From Eledone cirrhosa (Eukaryota): a stretch of 64,000 nt of DNA. The notes under the pieces were generated by a model, which ran no database searches, was not told where the DNA came from, and worked only from the letters and a program-made list of their open reading frames with translations. Below, in pieces: positions 58,455 through 64,000 of the stretch (position 1 is the stretch's first letter; every line of letters starts with the position of its first letter). The stretch spans positions 59,086,001 through 59,150,000 of the forward strand of contig OZ024746.1 in the NCBI GenBank assembly GCA_964016885.1, in the 5' to 3' direction. A program made the position numbers and the translations under genes.

Positions 58455-59220
58455 GCAAGAAGATCAGCAGCAGCAATGGTAACAGCAACAGTATTAGCAA
58501 CAATAGCAATAGTAGCAGCAGCAGCAGCAGCAATGGTAACAGCAACAGTATTAGCAACAATAGCAATAGTAGCAGCAGTTGCAGCAGCAGCAGCAGCAAT
58601 GGTAGCAGCAACAGTATTAGCAACAATAGCAATAGTAGCAGCAGTTGCAGCAGCAATGGTAACAGCAACAGTATTAGCAACAATAGCAATAGTAGCAGCA
58701 GTTGCAGCAGCAGCAGCAATGGTAACAGCAACAGTATTAGCAACAATAGCAATAGTAGCAGCAGTGGAAGCAGCAGCAGCAGCAATGGTAACAGCAACAG
58801 TATTAGCAACAATAGCAATAGTAGCAGCAGTTGCAGCAGCAGCAGCAATGGTAACAGCAACAGTATTAGCAACAATAGCAATAGTAGCAGCAGTTGCAGC
58901 AGCAGCAGCAGCAGTGGTAACAGCAACAGTATTAGCAACAATAGCAATAGTAGCAGCAGTTGCAGCAGCAGCAGCAATGGTAACAGCAACAGTATTAGCA
59001 ACAATAGCAATAGTAGCAGCAGTTGCAGCAGCAGCAGCAGCAGTGGTAACAGCAACAGTATTAGCAACAATAGCAATAGTAGCAGCAGTTGCAGCAGCAG
59101 CAGCAATGGTAACAGCAACAGTATTAGCAACAATAGCAATAGTAGCAGCAGCAGCAACAGCAGCAGTGGTAACGGCAACAGTATTAGCAACAATAGCAAT
59201 AGTAGCAGCAGTTGCAGCAG
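58455..59220. repeat. ~54-63-bp minisatellite built from AGC/AAC/AAT triplets, ~13 copies
   Basis: Unit 'aatggtaacagcaacagtattagcaacaatagcaatagtagcagcagttgcagcagcagcagc'. Confidence 0.93.
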
Positions 59221-59404
59221 CATCAATATCTATAATAGCAACTATAGTAGCAGTAATAACATTAGCACCAACGGCAGCAGTAGTGAGAGAAACGGGCGAA
59301 ATAGCATTAGCATCAGCAGCAGTGGCAGCAGCAGCTGCAGCAGCAACAGCTGCAGCAGTAGCAGTAGTAACAGCAACGGGCGAAATAGCATTACCATCAG
59401 CAGC

Positions 59405-61470
<2,066 letters not shown>

Positions 61471-61889
61471 GCAACAGTAACAGCAACATCTGCATCGTTC
61501 CTATTGTTCTCTCCATCACTAAGTGAAACCGTACCCACTTCATCTTTACCCCATGGGAATAGTGTACCAATGAATACATCACCCAATGTTCCTCTTACTT
61601 AAGACGACAGGCGAGTAATTTTATGTATTTTGGTTGCTATTTCTAGCAGTTTGAGTAACCATGTAAAGGCTCCTTTTTTAACCCTTGCAGTCCATTATAG
61701 AATGGAAAGCTGTTGCGCAAATGGAAAGTTAGGTTAGTGCTGGAATGGACGTTTCTTTGTGTGACGTCATCAACACTCTTGCGTATGAACAACTAACATT
61801 CAGTTGTCGGAAAAGCTCAGTCCACTAAGCTGCCAAATATCAATCTTTTGAGCATCTATAAGGCTACACATAATCAACAAACCCAATAT

Positions 61890-62135
61890 TCTGCTGCACC
61901 TCGGGCTGAGGAGGGCAAACTCTGCAAGTATCGGTCACTCTCCGACAGGTTTGCGATCGTGCTCCAAGCAGTGGAGACTTCTCGTGTCCTTGGCCCTAGG
62001 ACTAGCTCCCTTCTTACCACCATAGGCGCTGAGCTGGTCAGCCGCAGATGTGAGCCTCGGGAGATGGGATGGCTCTTCCAGCGCATCTTCCTTACCATCC
62101 TCCGGGGAAACGCCTTCTCCATTCTGTCCGCCGGC
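61890..62135 (+). pseudogene. CRE-clade-like retrotransposon C-terminal endonuclease fragment
   Basis: 'AAPRAEEGKLCKYRSLSDRF...AVETSRVLG...WLFQRIFLTILRGNAFSIL' (KxxKY, AVETxG, QRxSxxxxRGNA pattern). Confidence 0.8.
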
Positions 62136-62365
62136 GCCGTGGGGGTGGCCAGCCCATGGGACCCCATTTCCACACCATGCAGAGAGATGGGGAGAGCGAG
62201 AGAGATGGAGGCGATGACAGTGGGAGCTCGGCTCTTCTGTGTCCAGACCTTGTGTGCAGCGTCAGTTGTCCATAGGGAGGTAATGATTCATACATATATA
62301 TGCAAGCCCAAAAGTGTGTGCAGCCAGAGAACACCTGAGAGCTGCCAAGGACCAATTCTATGCTG

Positions 62366-63614
62366 ATCCTACGGAGGACAGGATGGAGACTGTGGAGGTG
62401 ATGAGGGAAGAGCTCTGTAACGCTTACACTGAGGTCAGATAGGAGGCACTGATAGAGAAGATCAGAAGTGTGGAGAGAGCGGTTGACAGATCTGGATGTA
62501 AGGAGAGCTGGATGATCATCAACGAGATCACAGGGAGGAAGAGAAGGTGTTCGAGTCAGATCCAGGGAAGCCCGAGGATAGGAAGAGGAAATGGCTAGAC
62601 CATTTTAGGACCCTACTAGGAGAGCCACCCTCCACAGCCAAGAGCACTGGGGAGATCAGGCGGCTGTTTGAGGAACTGGATGTTGAGACAGAGCCCTTCA
62701 CCAGAGAGGAGCTTCAGAGAGCCAAGAAGAAGATCAAGGAGGGCAAGGCTCATGGAGAAGATGGAGTGGCATCAGAGGTGATGAAGAGGTGTGATTTTGA
62801 TGATATCATCCTGGGGTTCTGTAACGGGGCACTGGAGAAAAAGGTATCGGATGCTGAATTTGCCCACGACATAGTTTTGGTGACAAATACAGTGAAGGGG
62901 GCAGAGGATTTGATGCGGGAGGTTGAGACTGTGTCGATGAGTGTGGGGCTGAGAATGAATGAGACTAAAACAAAATATCTGGCAGAGAATGTTGAGAAGC
63001 CAGAGGGGATCACTAATGTAACGGGAAGCCGCTAGAATTGGTTGAGGGCTTCCTGTATTTGGGAGCAAAGATTGGGAATACGGAAGATGATGTGGTTGAG
63101 AGGAAGAGCAAGGCCTGGGCGGCGTGCCACAGCTTGAGATCGGTGTGGAAGTCGGACCTTTGTAGAGACGTGAGAATCGGCCTCTTCATTGCTGTAGTGG
63201 AGTCTGTGCTGCTGTATGGGTCTGAGACTTGGACACTGACCAAGAAACTCACTCAGATGGTAGATGGGTGCTACACGAGAATGCTGAGGATGGCTCTGAA
63301 CATTAATCAGTATACACTGAGGATGAAAACTCAGAGCTGTATGAGAGTCTCCCAAAAGACAGGTCAAAAGTGACACAGAGGAGATTGAGGTTAGCTGGAC
63401 ATGCTCACCGATATCCAGAGTTGACATTGCACTCAGTGCTCCTATGGTAGCCCCTACATGGACACACTAGAAGAGGAAGACCAAGGTTAAAGTATGTTGA
63501 TGCCCTAAGGACAGACACTGGTCTATTGGAGACGCAGGACATGGCAGCGATAATGAGGGACAGAGACCGCTGGAGAGAACTCGTCCATGGATCTCGGGAA
63601 TTTTACCCGCCTTA

Positions 63615-63618
<4 letters not shown>
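62366..63618 (+). pseudogene. RTE-like LINE 3' portion with a large internal deletion in RT
   Basis: 'WLDHFRTLL', 'KEGKAHGEDGV', 'EFAHDIVL' (FADD), 'GLRMNETKTKY', 'FLYLG', 'VESVLLYGSETWTLT', 'RRGRP'; frameshifts and stops; ends at (TA)n. Confidence 0.88.
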
Positions 63619-63660
<42 letters not shown>

Positions 63661-63778
63661 TATTACATTGTTCTCTATCGTTTGACGATAATAATAGCTA
63701 TACCAGCAACAGCAGAAACTCAAGAACTATAACAATACCGGCAACAACGCCACAGCGTCAATAATAGCAACAAAATGA

Positions 63779-63984
63779 ATGGCACAAAGCCAGCAATTTG
63801 GAGGGAAGAGGAAGGTCGATTAGATCGACCTCAGTACATTACTGGTGCTTTATTTTATCGACTTCGTAAGGATGAAAGGCAAAACTAACCTCGGCGGAAT
63901 TTTAACTCAGGGCGTAAAGGGACACAACTCTATGCTGAAAAACATGGTGCCTGACGCTCTACCGATACTGCCAACGGCCCGCCC
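63779..63984 (-). mobile_element. Family-A SINE
   Basis: Reverse-complement family motifs. Confidence 0.88.
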
Positions 63985-64000
63985 TCACAGCAGCAGTAAT

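Overview
This is AT-rich, repeat-saturated animal genomic DNA with no recognisable host gene. The SINE and microsatellite make-up suggests a cephalopod such as Octopus, which is an inference. Almost all ORFs in the track are microsatellite read-through. Supported content: (1) two tRNA-derived SINE families, about 25 copies, including tandem arrays and a head-to-head pair; (2) decayed LINE fragments (Tx1/L1-like, RTE-like, CRE-like with a restriction-like endonuclease); (3) two Helitron derivatives, one with a Pif1 helicase fragment; (4) small hAT- and Tc1/mariner-type MITEs; (5) a Penelope-like GIY-YIG remnant. The most striking pattern is about a dozen short, mutually unrelated fold-back (inverted-repeat) elements, most sitting in (TA)n tracts. 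Many carry minimal type-I hammerhead ribozyme motifs (CUGANGA...GAAAC-palindrome-GUH), with the cleanest at 7463-7512, 48687-48729 and 50958-51007. Many also share an unpaired 3' tail with a conserved ACTC...TYGAGTRCTC motif. I read these as footprints of several Penelope-like or retrozyme-type families. The cross-family tail motif is the part I cannot explain from established knowledge. Coordinates were read by eye and may be off by a few bases.
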